From the NCBI GenBank assembly GCA_027064165.1, contig JAMOQE010000045.1, forward strand, positions 8,504-72,503: a stretch of 64,000 nucleotides of DNA, read 5' to 3'. The notes under the pieces were generated by a model. That model was given only the letters and a program-made list of their open reading frames with translations, ran no database searches and was not told the origin of the DNA. Below, piece by piece: positions 48,447-58,282 of this stretch (position 1 is the first letter of the stretch; each line of letters starts with the position of its first letter). The stretch is from Thermodesulfatator sp. (GTDB taxonomy: Bacteria; Desulfobacterota; Thermodesulfobacteria; Thermodesulfobacteriales; Thermodesulfobacteriaceae). The translations under genes and the position numbers were made by a program.

Positions 48447-49160
48447 ATGATAACCCTCTTGGTTCCAGCCGCAGGAATCGGGAAGAGAATGGGGAAAGAA
48501 GTCCCCAAACAATTCCTTTTTTTAAAGGATAAGCCCCTTTTTGTTCATACCCTTTCTATTTTTGAAAAACACCCTTTAGTAAATTCAATTGTGATAGCAA
48601 CAAGAGAGGAATATATTCCTTTTGTGGAAAAAGAACTCTTGAAAGCAGGAATAAAGAAGGTGGTTTCTGTGGTTAAAGGAGGAGAAACCAGGCAGGACTC
48701 TGTTTACCAGGCACTAAAACATGCCCCTTCTTCTACTGAAATTTTTCTTGTACACGATGCTGTAAGGCCTTTTGTGAGTTTTTCTCTTATAGAAAGGGTG
48801 ATACAGGGCGTAAAAAAGCATGGTTCTGCAATTCCTGCCCTTCCAGTAAGGGATACCATGGTAAGAGCAAAAGAGGGCAAAATTTATAAAAAGCTTGAGA
48901 GAGAAAATGCCTTCCTTGTGCAAACTCCTCAAGGCTTCAGGGCTGAAATCTTGAGAGAGTGCCTGGAAAAGGCTCAAAAAGACGGACTTCTCTTTACTGA
49001 TGAAGGCACACTTCTCCTTCACTATCAAAAAGAGGTGCACATTGTGGAAGGGGAACCTATGAATTTAAAAATTACTTACCCTCAGGACTTTCTTCTTGCA
49101 GAACACCTGATTGAGTGTAAAATAGTAGAATTTCAAAAGGAGAAGTGCTTATGGAAATAA
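48447..49160 (+). CDS. ispD: 2-C-methyl-D-erythritol 4-phosphate cytidylyltransferase
   Basis: LVPAAGIGKRMG, GGETRQDSV, VHDAVRPF and QTPQGF motifs. Confidence 0.9.
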   Translation: MITLLVPAAGIGKRMGKEVPKQFLFLKDKPLFVHTLSIFEKHPLVNSIVIATREEYIPFVEKELLKAGIKKVVSVVKGGETRQDSVYQALKHAPSSTEIFLVHDAVRPFVSFSLIERVIQGVKKHGSAIPALPVRDTMVRAKEGKIYKKLERENAFLVQTPQGFRAEILRECLEKAQKDGLLFTDEGTLLLHYQKEVHIVEGEPMNLKITYPQDFLLAEHLIECKIVEFQKEKCLWK

Positions 49161-49822
49161 AATGGCTTAAAAATATTCCCTTAAAAGCCGACGAATTCTT
49201 TCACTTTTTTAAGAAAAAATATAACCTGAAAGCTGAAGACATTTTCAAACTCTATCACATCACGCTTAATCTCAAAGCCCTAAGTGATGGTCCCATTCAC
49301 AAATTTCTGGAAAGAATTCCCTGCTATCTCAAATTTGACGAAATTGGAAAAAGAAAATATCTCATGACCTTGCCTGTATGGACTTTAAGAAATCTCATAA
49401 AAGAGCACCTTGATCTAAAGCTTACCAAGACACTTTATCTTTTTCTTTCCCAAAGGCTTCCTGGCGACTTTTTCAAAGGTTGTGCTCCCAAGCATTCCAT
49501 CCTTGCCTCTCAAGATGTGGTGTGTGAGCTTCTGGATGAAGAGGAAAAGGCAGAGCTTCCAGCTTATCTCAAAGTAAAACACCTCCCACTAACATTTTCT
49601 ATCTCCGGAACCTGTGAAGAAGTTATAAAACTACTTCCTCTTCTTTCCATTTATGCGCTAAAAAAAGAAAAAGAAAAATACTCCATTTTCGTTACCCTTT
49701 CCATTTCAGAATTTATGATCCTTGCACAGGACTTAAAAGAAATAAAAGCACTAAGAGAAAGAGTTGAGTCCATAATTGAAAGCCTAAAAGTGCTTTTTCC
49801 AGATTGTTTCGGGGAGGTTTAA
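49151..49822 (+). CDS. Hypothetical protein, no recognisable family
   Basis: 223-aa soluble ORF. ATG 49151 is preceded by AAGGAG and overlaps the ispD stop by 10 nt. Its stop lies 2 nt before the aconitase ATG. Confidence 0.5.
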   Translation: MEIKWLKNIPLKADEFFHFFKKKYNLKAEDIFKLYHITLNLKALSDGPIHKFLERIPCYLKFDEIGKRKYLMTLPVWTLRNLIKEHLDLKLTKTLYLFLSQRLPGDFFKGCAPKHSILASQDVVCELLDEEEKAELPAYLKVKHLPLTFSISGTCEEVIKLLPLLSIYALKKEKEKYSIFVTLSISEFMILAQDLKEIKALRERVESIIESLKVLFPDCFGEV

Positions 49823-49824
49823 AA

Positions 49825-51768
49825 ATGGGACTTACTCTTACGGAAAAGATTTTAGAAGCCCATTTGGTCTCCGGGCAGCTTAAAGCCGGAGAAGAAATTG
49901 CCATTAAAATAGACCAAACTCTTACCCAGGATGCTACTGGCACAATGGCCTATTTGGAGTTTGAAGCCATTGGGATTCCGAGAGTAAAAACAGAGCTTTC
50001 TGTGTCCTATGTGGATCACAATATCCTGCAGACTGACTTCAGAAATGCTGATGATCACAGGTTCCTTCAGAGCGTTGCAGCAAAATATGGTATCTGGTTT
50101 TCAAAGCCTGGAAATGGCATCTGCCATCAGGTGCACCTTGAAAGATTTGCCATCCCTGGAAAAACCCTCATTGGCTCAGACAGCCACACCCCTACTGCCG
50201 GTGGATGCGGGATGATTGCAATTGGGGCTGGAGGGCTTGATGTGGCCCTTGCCATGGCTGGAAAGCCCTTTTACCTGAGAATGCCTGAAGTAATTGGAGT
50301 TTACCTCACAGGGAAACTCGGTCCCTGGGTTACAGCAAGGGATGTTGCACTTTATCTTCTTTCCCTGCTTACTGTGAAAGGCGGGCTGGGGAAGGTGCTT
50401 GAGTACTTTGGTCCAGGAGTGAAGACCCTGAGTGTGCCTGAAAGAGCAACTATCTGCAATCTGGGCACAGAAATGGGTGCCACAACCAGCATTTTCCCTT
50501 CAGATGAAATCACCCACTCCTGGCTAAAAGCCCAGGGAAGAGAAAAGGATTTTATTGAGCTCTCTCCGGATCCAGATGCAAATTACTCCAAGGTGATAGA
50601 AATAGACCTCTCAAAACTTGAGCCTCTCTGTGCCTGCCCTTCCTCTCCGGACAATGTAAAAAAAGTGGAAGAAGTGGCAGGTAAGAAAGTGGATCAGGTG
50701 ATTGTAGGCTCCTGTGCCAATTCTTCACTTAAGGATCTTTTAATAGTAGCAGAGGTGCTTGAAAAATACAGGGTGCATCCTGAGGTGTGTTTTGAGATAA
50801 ACCCCGGCTCACTTCAGGTAATAGAGAATCTTGTGACACTTGGAAAATTTCAGCCACTTCTTAAAGGCGGTGCAAGAATTCATCAGTGCGGATGTCTTGG
50901 CTGCATAGGTATGGGCCAAGCTCCAGGCACAAACTCCATTTCTCTCAGAACATTTACCAGGAATTTCCCCGGAAGATCAGGCACAAGCCCTGACTATGTA
51001 TACCTGGTCTCTCCTGAAACAGCAGTTGCCTCTGCAGTGAAGGGAGTAATTACTGATCCCCGTGAACTGGGAGATTATCCAGAAATAAAGCTTCCTGAAA
51101 AATTTGTCATAAATGACACCCTCCTTATTCCTCCTCTTCCTGAAGAAGAGGCAAAAAAAGTGGAAATAATAAGAGGCCCCAATATTGTGCCCCTTCCCAA
51201 ATTTGATCCCTTACCAGAGGATCTTGAGGGAGTTTTTCTTCTTAAAGTGGGGGACAACATAACCACGGATCACATCATGCCAGCAGGGGCAAAGATCCTT
51301 CCCTTAAGAAGCAACCTTCCAGAAATAAGCAAGTTTGTTTATAGCAGGGTGGATGAAAATTTTGCCCGGAAAGCCCTTGAACTTAAAGAAAAAGGACTTG
51401 CTGTGGGAATAGTAGGCGGAGAAAACTATGGGCAGGGCTCCTCAAGGGAACACGCAGCCCTTGCTCCGAGATACCTCGGCGTAAAAATAAAGCTTGCCAG
51501 AAGCTTTGCAAGAATTCACAGGGCAAATCTTATAAATTTTGGTATCCTGCCTTTAATTTTCAAAAATCCAGAAGACTACGAAAAAATATCTCAGGGAGAT
51601 AAGTTTGTTATAAAAGGCATAAGGAGAGCCCTTTCCTCCGGCCAGAATAATGTTAAAATAAAAATTGAAAACAAAGGAGAAATAGAAGCCACGGTTTCCC
51701 TTACAGATACTGAAAGGGCCTGCATACTTGCTGGCTCAAAGCTTAATCTGGCAGCTTCTGGAGAATAA
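49825..51768 (+). CDS. Aconitate hydratase family protein (fused catalytic plus swivel domains, about 647 aa)
   Basis: LTEKIL start, GSDSHT, GSCANSS and C..CIG cluster-ligand motifs, and a GENYGQGSSREHAA swivel domain. ATG 49825 is preceded by GGGGAGG. Confidence 0.8.
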   Translation: MGLTLTEKILEAHLVSGQLKAGEEIAIKIDQTLTQDATGTMAYLEFEAIGIPRVKTELSVSYVDHNILQTDFRNADDHRFLQSVAAKYGIWFSKPGNGICHQVHLERFAIPGKTLIGSDSHTPTAGGCGMIAIGAGGLDVALAMAGKPFYLRMPEVIGVYLTGKLGPWVTARDVALYLLSLLTVKGGLGKVLEYFGPGVKTLSVPERATICNLGTEMGATTSIFPSDEITHSWLKAQGREKDFIELSPDPDANYSKVIEIDLSKLEPLCACPSSPDNVKKVEEVAGKKVDQVIVGSCANSSLKDLLIVAEVLEKYRVHPEVCFEINPGSLQVIENLVTLGKFQPLLKGGARIHQCGCLGCIGMGQAPGTNSISLRTFTRNFPGRSGTSPDYVYLVSPETAVASAVKGVITDPRELGDYPEIKLPEKFVINDTLLIPPLPEEEAKKVEIIRGPNIVPLPKFDPLPEDLEGVFLLKVGDNITTDHIMPAGAKILPLRSNLPEISKFVYSRVDENFARKALELKEKGLAVGIVGGENYGQGSSREHAALAPRYLGVKIKLARSFARIHRANLINFGILPLIFKNPEDYEKISQGDKFVIKGIRRALSSGQNNVKIKIENKGEIEATVSLTDTERACILAGSKLNLAASGE

Positions 51769-51773
51769 AAAAA

Positions 51774-52646
51774 ATGAAAAAAGCTGTTTTTTTAGCCTTT
51801 TTACTCTGTTTTTTGTTTACCTCCAACTTATGGGGTGAATCCATCTCTCAACAGGCCTTAAAAAAATTTCAGGACAGGGTGGAAAAGGACCTTCAGGGAA
51901 AAGTCCCCCCTTCTTTTATAGAAAAAATCTTCTCTTCAACTGAGCTTGATTTTTATCCTCAAATCATGGTAAAAAGCCTTACCTGGAAGGAAGCCGAGCT
52001 TCCCTATTACCAATTTCTCACTCCTGAAAGACTAAAAAAGGCAAAGGAATTTCTCAAATCTCATTATCACCTCCTTTCTCAGATAGAAAAAACATTTGGT
52101 GTGGACAAAGAGGTGCTTGTAGGCATTTTTATGGTGGAAACAAACTTCGGGGAAAATACAGGAAACTGGCCTGTACTGGATGTGCTCTACAGCATGGCTA
52201 TTTCTGGAGAGAAAGAGATTTTTGAACCCTATGCTCAAAAGGCAAATATTCCTCTAAATGACACCAGCATAAAAACAAAATGGCAAAAAAGAAGCAGATG
52301 GGCATACAGAGAACTTCTTTATTTTATTCAAATTTGCTATCAAAACCACTGGGATCCTTTTAGCATAAAAGGCTCTCTCTTTGGGGCATTTGGATATCCC
52401 CAATTTGTGCCCCGCAGTTACCTGGTTTATGGATACGATTGGGACAAAGACGGGGTGGTGGATCTCTATAATGTGGAAGATGCCCTCTCAAGCATTGCTA
52501 ATTATCTTAAGAAAGAAGGCTATAAGATTTCTGCCACAGAGGAAGAAAAAAAAAGAGTAATTATGAGATATAATCACAGTGAACCCTATGCCAACACGGT
52601 GCTTGCCATTGCGAAAAAGCTCAGAAGATTACAGGTTAAGGATTAA
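51774..52646 (+). CDS. Lytic murein transglycosylase (MltB/SLT_2-like)
   Basis: Signal peptide, a catalytic-Glu context (GIFMVETNFG), and GAFGYPQF.P.SY. Confidence 0.75.
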   Translation: MKKAVFLAFLLCFLFTSNLWGESISQQALKKFQDRVEKDLQGKVPPSFIEKIFSSTELDFYPQIMVKSLTWKEAELPYYQFLTPERLKKAKEFLKSHYHLLSQIEKTFGVDKEVLVGIFMVETNFGENTGNWPVLDVLYSMAISGEKEIFEPYAQKANIPLNDTSIKTKWQKRSRWAYRELLYFIQICYQNHWDPFSIKGSLFGAFGYPQFVPRSYLVYGYDWDKDGVVDLYNVEDALSSIANYLKKEGYKISATEEEKKRVIMRYNHSEPYANTVLAIAKKLRRLQVKD

Positions 52647-53745
52647 AAGGCTCTGGGAAATTGTTGAGAAAGAAAATTTTGATGCCCTTATTGTCTCTTC
52701 TCCTCTTCACATCTTTTATCTTGCTGGCACCCTTGTAAGGGGCTGTCTTTTAATTACAAAAGATGAAGTCCAGCTCCTTGTAAATAGGCCGGTAAGCAGG
52801 GCAAAAAAAGAGAGCGTTTTTCAGGTAGAGGAGCTAAAGAGTTTAAAAGCACTTCCGGATATTTTATCCATGCTTCGTGTAAAAAAGATAGGAGCTGAAG
52901 GACAGGTACTCAACTTTCTTAAAGAGTACTTTGAAGTCAGAAACATTACCCCTTTTCTTTTAGAAGCAAGAAAAATAAAGACACCCTTTGAAATTTCCTG
53001 TGCCAAAAAGGCTGCTTCTATGCTAAACAGGGCTTTAAAAAGGGCCCTGGGGAAATTAAAGCCCGGGATGACAGAACTTGAAGCAAGTGCAGAGCTTGAA
53101 AAGGAGCTCAGAATACTTGGGCATCCTGGGATAACGCGCTCTTTTAATGGCTTTGAATTAAACATGGGGCATCTTGTTTCTGGAAAAGCAGGGCTTTTTC
53201 CTATTCATGCCCCCACAGGCCAGGGAGGAAAAGGAGTGCCCGGCTTTCCAGGGGGAGCATCAAAAAACAAGCTCAAAGAAGAAGCCCCCATTCTTATAGA
53301 TTTCAGTGGCTATTACCACGGCTATTATGTGGATCAAACACGAATGGCAGGCTTTAAGCCTCTTAAGGAGGCTGAAGAGATTTACAAATGGGCAGTAAAA
53401 ATAATTAAAACACTTGTCTTAAAAATAAAGCCCGGAGTGGTCGCTGAAGAGGCCTTTGAAATGGCATGGGAAATTGCGAGCTCTTCACCTTTTAAAAAAT
53501 TTTTCATGCTTCACGGAGACAGGCCTCTGAAATTCATAGGGCATGGAGTGGGTTTACAGATTGATGAGCCTCCTGTGCTTGCAGCTGGAAACAAAGAAGT
53601 ACTAAAAGAAAACATGATTATTGCCCTTGAACCAAAGTTCCATATACCCGGGCTGGGAGTGGTGGGAATAGAAGACACCTTTCTTATTACAAGAGAAGGC
53701 TTAAAAAGGCTTACCAGAACTTCTCAAAAGTGGATAAATCTTTAA
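52579..53745 (+). CDS. M24-family metallopeptidase (Xaa-Pro aminopeptidase / creatinase-like)
   Basis: Creatinase-like N-domain followed by a pita-bread domain (YHGYYVDQTR, GHGVGLQIDEPP, ALEPK, EDT). The start codon is uncertain because the listed GTG overlaps mltB by 68 nt. Confidence 0.75.
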   Translation: MNPMPTRCLPLRKSSEDYRLRIKRLWEIVEKENFDALIVSSPLHIFYLAGTLVRGCLLITKDEVQLLVNRPVSRAKKESVFQVEELKSLKALPDILSMLRVKKIGAEGQVLNFLKEYFEVRNITPFLLEARKIKTPFEISCAKKAASMLNRALKRALGKLKPGMTELEASAELEKELRILGHPGITRSFNGFELNMGHLVSGKAGLFPIHAPTGQGGKGVPGFPGGASKNKLKEEAPILIDFSGYYHGYYVDQTRMAGFKPLKEAEEIYKWAVKIIKTLVLKIKPGVVAEEAFEMAWEIASSSPFKKFFMLHGDRPLKFIGHGVGLQIDEPPVLAAGNKEVLKENMIIALEPKFHIPGLGVVGIEDTFLITREGLKRLTRTSQKWINL

Positions 53746-53760
53746 AAAAGGGGAGAAAAA

Positions 53761-55422
53761 ATGCGGCGAAAAAATAAAAAATTGCACACAAAATTTATTT
53801 TTATTACAGGTGGAGTGCTTTCTTCCTTGGGAAAAGGCCTTGCTGCTGCCTCAATAGGAGCACTCCTTGAGGCAAGGGGGTTAAGAGTTACCCTGCAAAA
53901 ACTTGATCCTTACATAAATGTAGATCCAGGCACCATGAATCCCTTTCAGCATGGGGAGGTATATGTGACAGACGATGGCACTGAAACAGACCTTGATCTG
54001 GGACACTATGAAAGATTTACCTCAGCCAAAATGTCTGCCATTAACAACTATACTTCGGGGAAAATTTACTATTCTGTCATTATGAAAGAGCGAAAAGGAG
54101 AATACTTAGGGGGCACTGTGCAGATTATTCCCCATGTCACTGATGAGATCAAGCAGGCAATCCTGCAGCTTGCAAGTCCGCAGGTGGATGTGGCTATTGT
54201 GGAAATTGGAGGCACTGTGGGAGACATTGAGAGTCTTCCCTTTCTTGAAGCTATAAGACAACTTGGCTATGATCTCGGAAAAGAAAACGCCCTTTATATC
54301 CACCTTACCTATGTGCCTTACATAAAAACTGCTGGAGAACTAAAGACAAAACCCACCCAGCACAGCGTAAAAGAACTCAGGGCAATTGGTATCCAGCCTG
54401 ATATCATCCTCTGCCGCACAGATAGATTTTTGCCTCCTGAAATCAAGAAAAAAATTGCTCTTTTCTGCAATGTAGAAGAAGATGCAGTGATTACAGCAAA
54501 AGATGTGGAATGCATTTATGAAATTCCCCTTGTTTTTCACAAAGAGGGGCTTGATGAGAAAATTCTGGAATTTTTGAACATCTGGGCAAGGGAACCTGAT
54601 CTCAAAGTATGGGAAGAAGTAGTAAACAGGTTTAATAATCCCAAGGATGAAGTAACCATTGCCATTGTAGGAAAATATGTAAACCTTAAAGACTCCTATA
54701 AGTCTTTAAATGAGGCTCTTATCCACGGAGGACTTGCCAATGAACTTAAAGTGCACCTTAAGTTTGTAAATTCTGAAAAAATTACTTCAGAAACTGCACC
54801 AGAAATTCTTAAGGATGCTGATGGAATCCTTATCCCTGGAGGCTTTGGCACAAGAGGTATAGAAGGGAAAATAGAAGCAGTAAGATACGCGAGAGAAAAA
54901 GGAATTCCTTTTTTTGGCATCTGTCTCGGGATGCAGGTTTCTGTAATAGAATTTGCAAGGAATGTAATTGGCTGGAAAGAAGCAAACTCAACGGAATTTG
55001 ATAAAAACACTCCCTATCCTGTTATTTATCTTATGAAAGAGTGGTATGATTACAGAACAGGGAAGGTGGAAAAAAGGGATGAGACTACAGAGCTTGGGGG
55101 CACTATGAGGCTTGGCGCCTATCCCTGCAGGTTAAAAAAAGGCTCCAAAGTCTGGGAAGCCTATCAAAAAGATGAAATTTTTGAAAGACACAGGCACCGT
55201 TATGAATTCAACAATGAATACAGAGAGGCTATTGAAAAGGCAGGGCTAAAGGTGGTGGGGACCTCACCTGATGGAGAGCTTGTGGAGATTGTGGAGCTTG
55301 AAGACCATCCCTGGTTTATAGGTGTGCAGTTTCATCCAGAATTTAAGTCAAGGCCCATGGATCCTCATCCACTTTTTACCCACTTTATTAAAGCAGCTTA
55401 CGAAAATAAAAAGCAAAAATGA
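53761..55422 (+). CDS. pyrG: CTP synthase
   Basis: [34 protein letters not shown] and the GATase GICLGMQ motif, 553 aa. Confidence 0.95.
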   Translation: MRRKNKKLHTKFIFITGGVLSSLGKGLAAASIGALLEARGLRVTLQKLDPYINVDPGTMNPFQHGEVYVTDDGTETDLDLGHYERFTSAKMSAINNYTSGKIYYSVIMKERKGEYLGGTVQIIPHVTDEIKQAILQLASPQVDVAIVEIGGTVGDIESLPFLEAIRQLGYDLGKENALYIHLTYVPYIKTAGELKTKPTQHSVKELRAIGIQPDIILCRTDRFLPPEIKKKIALFCNVEEDAVITAKDVECIYEIPLVFHKEGLDEKILEFLNIWAREPDLKVWEEVVNRFNNPKDEVTIAIVGKYVNLKDSYKSLNEALIHGGLANELKVHLKFVNSEKITSETAPEILKDADGILIPGGFGTRGIEGKIEAVRYAREKGIPFFGICLGMQVSVIEFARNVIGWKEANSTEFDKNTPYPVIYLMKEWYDYRTGKVEKRDETTELGGTMRLGAYPCRLKKGSKVWEAYQKDEIFERHRHRYEFNNEYREAIEKAGLKVVGTSPDGELVEIVELEDHPWFIGVQFHPEFKSRPMDPHPLFTHFIKAAYENKKQK

Positions 55423-56057
55423 AGGAAATAGTGGTGTTTTGTGCAGATGTGGGGTCTATAAAAACTAAAAACTTTGGTTGGGCTTATGGACTTGGAATAC
55501 CGGGAAGAGGCTGGAAAGTCTATCCTGAGAGAGAAGAAAGGAAATATCAAGAAATAGAAAAACTAAAAGAAAGTGTCAGAAAATTCTTAGAGAAAGGTTA
55601 TAAGGTGGCTTTGGGCTTTGAGTGTCCTCTTTTTGTACCTTTAAGAAAAAATCCATTAGAGCTTACTTCGGCACGCAAATTAGAGCCTATGGCGTGGAGT
55701 GCTTCTGCTGGAGCAGGAGCCTTAGCAGTAGGTATGGTAGAAGCCTTGTGGTTACTTAAGGCCTTAAAAAATGAATTCAATACCTTGCCTCCTGTGTATC
55801 TTTCTTGGGAAGAATTTAAAAAAGAGTCCTTACCCTGTATACTTTTTTGGGAAGCCATGGTGAGTAAAGATAAAAAGGGGAAAACTCACGTAGAAGATGC
55901 TAAAAATGGAGTGAATGCCTTTTTTGAAAAAGTGGAAACAGCTCAGCCTGTTTGTGAGGAAGAAGTTTTTTCCCTGATTGGTAGCTATTTACTTAGAAGT
56001 GGGTGGAGTAAAAAATTAGAGCTTTTAAAAACCCCTTGTATTTTTATTTCAGCTTAA
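55419..56057 (+). CDS. Hypothetical protein with RNase H-like-fold motif pattern (DUF429/RuvC-like?)
   Basis: The ATG overlaps the pyrG stop (ATGA). FCADVGS (Asp on strand 1), [11 protein letters not shown] (Glu on a central strand) and THVEDAKNG (His/Asp helix) match a D-E-D nuclease-fold pattern. This is inference only. Confidence 0.35.
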   Translation: MKEIVVFCADVGSIKTKNFGWAYGLGIPGRGWKVYPEREERKYQEIEKLKESVRKFLEKGYKVALGFECPLFVPLRKNPLELTSARKLEPMAWSASAGAGALAVGMVEALWLLKALKNEFNTLPPVYLSWEEFKKESLPCILFWEAMVSKDKKGKTHVEDAKNGVNAFFEKVETAQPVCEEEVFSLIGSYLLRSGWSKKLELLKTPCIFISA

Positions 56058-56076
56058 GAAAAAGGAGGGTTAAAAA

Positions 56077-56916
56077 TTGGTTGATCTTCACACCCATTCC
56101 ACCGCCTCTGATGGCACATATTCTCCCAAAGAGCTTGTAAGGCTGGCCAAAAAAATCGGCTTAAATGGCCTTGCTCTTACTGACCACGACACCCTTTCCG
56201 GACTTAAAGAGGCATTTGAAGAGGCAAAAAAGCTTGAGCTTCCCTTTCTGTGCGGCATTGAGATCAGCGTAAAATATGAAAGACAGGGGCACTTTCATCT
56301 TCTTGGATATTTTTTGACCCCGGAAATACCAGAGATTGAAGAAACTTTAAAAAAACTTCAGGAGGCACGCAGAAAAAGAAATCAAAAGGTGGTGGAAAAA
56401 CTGCAGGCTTTGGGTATAGACATAACCTACGAAGAGCTTCTCAGGATGGGAAAAGGAGAAATAGGCCGTCCTCACATAGCAAGGCTTCTTTTTGAAAAAG
56501 GCGTGGTAAAAAACATTCAGGAAGCATTTGAAAAGTACTTAAAAAAAGGAGCACCTGCTTATGTACCAAAATCCCTCCTTTCTCCAGAAGAAGCTATTTC
56601 ACTTATTCTTAAAGCTAAAGGTGTGCCAGTGCTTGCCCATCCTGTAAGCCTGAAACTCCCCGAGGAAGAACTTTTTTCCTATATAAAGCAGCTCAAAAGT
56701 TCTGGATTAAAAGGCATTGAAGCCTATTATACCGAGCATACTAAGGAATTTACAGAATTTTTGCTTGACTTAGCAAAAGAGCTGGACCTGCTTATTACCG
56801 GAGGAAGTGACTTTCACGGAGAAAACAAACCAGACATAAAGCTGGGAGTGGGATTTGGAAATTTAAAAGTACCGGATGAGTGTTTTACTCAGCTGAAACA
56901 GACTTTATCTTTTTAG
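56077..56916 (+). CDS. PHP-domain phosphoesterase (TrpH/YciV-like)
   Basis: VDLHTHSTASDG, LTDHDT, AHP and GGSDFHG motifs. TTG start preceded by GGAGGG. Confidence 0.85.
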   Translation: MVDLHTHSTASDGTYSPKELVRLAKKIGLNGLALTDHDTLSGLKEAFEEAKKLELPFLCGIEISVKYERQGHFHLLGYFLTPEIPEIEETLKKLQEARRKRNQKVVEKLQALGIDITYEELLRMGKGEIGRPHIARLLFEKGVVKNIQEAFEKYLKKGAPAYVPKSLLSPEEAISLILKAKGVPVLAHPVSLKLPEEELFSYIKQLKSSGLKGIEAYYTEHTKEFTEFLLDLAKELDLLITGGSDFHGENKPDIKLGVGFGNLKVPDECFTQLKQTLSF

Positions 56917-57009
56917 TTTTCTATGTTTTTCAACAAGCCAAACTCTCTCGCCTTAAGGACAAATCGTTTTCCCTTAAGCTTTACAATTTTAGCTTTAATT
57001 TTAATCAGC

Positions 57010-57867
57010 CTATTTTTTTATAGTCTCAAGCCCGGCTGATTTAAATTTTACTACGAGATGCAAAGGTCCTTCAACAGGTAAAGGATTTGAAATTTTTAAA
57101 CACTCTTCTACTGCCTGGTTAAACTCTTCCTCAGGTGCCTTCTGCAAGAAACGATAGGTTATCCTGCCATTTTGGTCCACATCAATAGAAACTATTGCAG
57201 ATAGGTCTATTTTATCTTTCAAATACACAGGCAGAGAAAAATTTTCCTCCAAAATTTGCTTTATTAGAGACAAAGCATTTTTCCGATATTCCTCTTCAAG
57301 CTTTTTTAACCTGGCCTCTTTTTCAGCCTCAAGAGCAGTATAATAAGAAAGTATTCTTTTTTTTAACTTTTTCCTTTCAAGAGCTTTTATTCTTTCAGAA
57401 ATCAGTTTTTTCTCTTCAGGAGTAAGAGCAGGGATGGTATTTTTTTTCACAGGCTTTTGCACAAGTTTTTTCGTATGTTTTTGTATAGTTTTTTTAACAT
57501 CTTTTTGAAGCACCCTTTTTTTTATAATCTGCTTTTTTACTACCTGCTTCGTTTTCGTCTTTCTGTTTACTTTTTGTTCTTTCTTTTTTTTATTCACTAT
57601 TTGCCTCTTAATAAGCTGCGGTTTGGACACAGATTTTCTCTTCTGTCTGTTTTTTTTCTCAGTTGAAGACTTCTCAGAAAAAATCCCGGTATGGGGAACC
57701 CGGACATGGGGATTGAAGGATTTAAAAACAAGGCTTACTCTTACTTTTTTTCTTCGTGGCTTTAAATTAAAAAGATTGAATTTAAAAGAAGAAAAAAAAA
57801 GAAAAAGAACAACAATGTTAACAAGAAAAGATAGAAAATAAGCCCACCATGGGACAGACTTTTGCAT
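57010..57867 (-). CDS. TonB/TolA-like energy transducer (N-terminal TM, Lys-rich linker, TonB-C-like domain)
   Basis: One N-terminal TM, a long run of K/Q/V-rich repeats, and a C-terminal alpha/beta domain. It lies 2 nt downstream of exbD/tolR. Confidence 0.6.
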   Translation of the reverse strand: MQKSVPWWAYFLSFLVNIVVLFLFFSSFKFNLFNLKPRRKKVRVSLVFKSFNPHVRVPHTGIFSEKSSTEKKNRQKRKSVSKPQLIKRQIVNKKKKEQKVNRKTKTKQVVKKQIIKKRVLQKDVKKTIQKHTKKLVQKPVKKNTIPALTPEEKKLISERIKALERKKLKKRILSYYTALEAEKEARLKKLEEEYRKNALSLIKQILEENFSLPVYLKDKIDLSAIVSIDVDQNGRITYRFLQKAPEEEFNQAVEECLKISNPLPVEGPLHLVVKFKSAGLETIKK

Positions 57868-57869
57868 AC

Positions 57870-58271
57870 TTAAGAACCTGCTGGAATGGTAAGAAGGTCA
57901 ACTCCCTGAAAACCTGCTTCTTTTATTAAAGAAAGCACCCGAGCCACCACTCCATAGGGGCACCTCTTATCAGCCGCTATTTCTACACTTTTTACAATCC
58001 CCTGCTCTCTTGCTTCTTTTAGCCATGCCTTCAGATGATTAAGTTTAATCACCTTTCCTCCTATTCTTATTTCACCCTTCTCTGTAATAACTATATGAAG
58101 CACTTTCTTAGGAGAAGCAGCCACCGGGGTTTGAGAAGCTTTGGGAAGCTCCACCTCTAAACGGGCTGTCATCAGTGGAGCTGTAATCATAAAAATAATA
58201 AGAATAACAAGAACTATATCAACCAGAGGAATTATATTAATTTCATCAAGTAAATCCCTTCCGGCTTTCAT
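57870..58271 (-). CDS. Biopolymer transport protein ExbD/TolR
   Basis: EINIIPLVDIVLVILIIFM TM segment followed by a periplasmic domain, 133 aa. Confidence 0.85.
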   Translation of the reverse strand: MKAGRDLLDEINIIPLVDIVLVILIIFMITAPLMTARLEVELPKASQTPVAASPKKVLHIVITEKGEIRIGGKVIKLNHLKAWLKEAREQGIVKSVEIAADKRCPYGVVARVLSLIKEAGFQGVDLLTIPAGS

Positions 58272-58282
58272 TATTCATTACA

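Noticed and set aside
52579-52646. 68-nt overlap between mltB and the M24 peptidase, considered as a possible frameshift or fusion
   Set aside because: The two genes are in different frames and both proteins look complete. The peptidase probably starts at a downstream non-ATG codon such as TTG 52609, so this is a start-site annotation uncertainty only.
57420-57700. Highly repetitive A/T-rich DNA (runs of AAAAA/TTTTT with short periodicity), considered as a possible repeat element
   Set aside because: It is the coding sequence of the Lys/Gln/Val-rich linker of the TonB/TolA-like protein (…KKQIIKKRVLQKDVKKTIQKHTKKLVQKPVKK…). The repeats are explained by low-complexity protein sequence.
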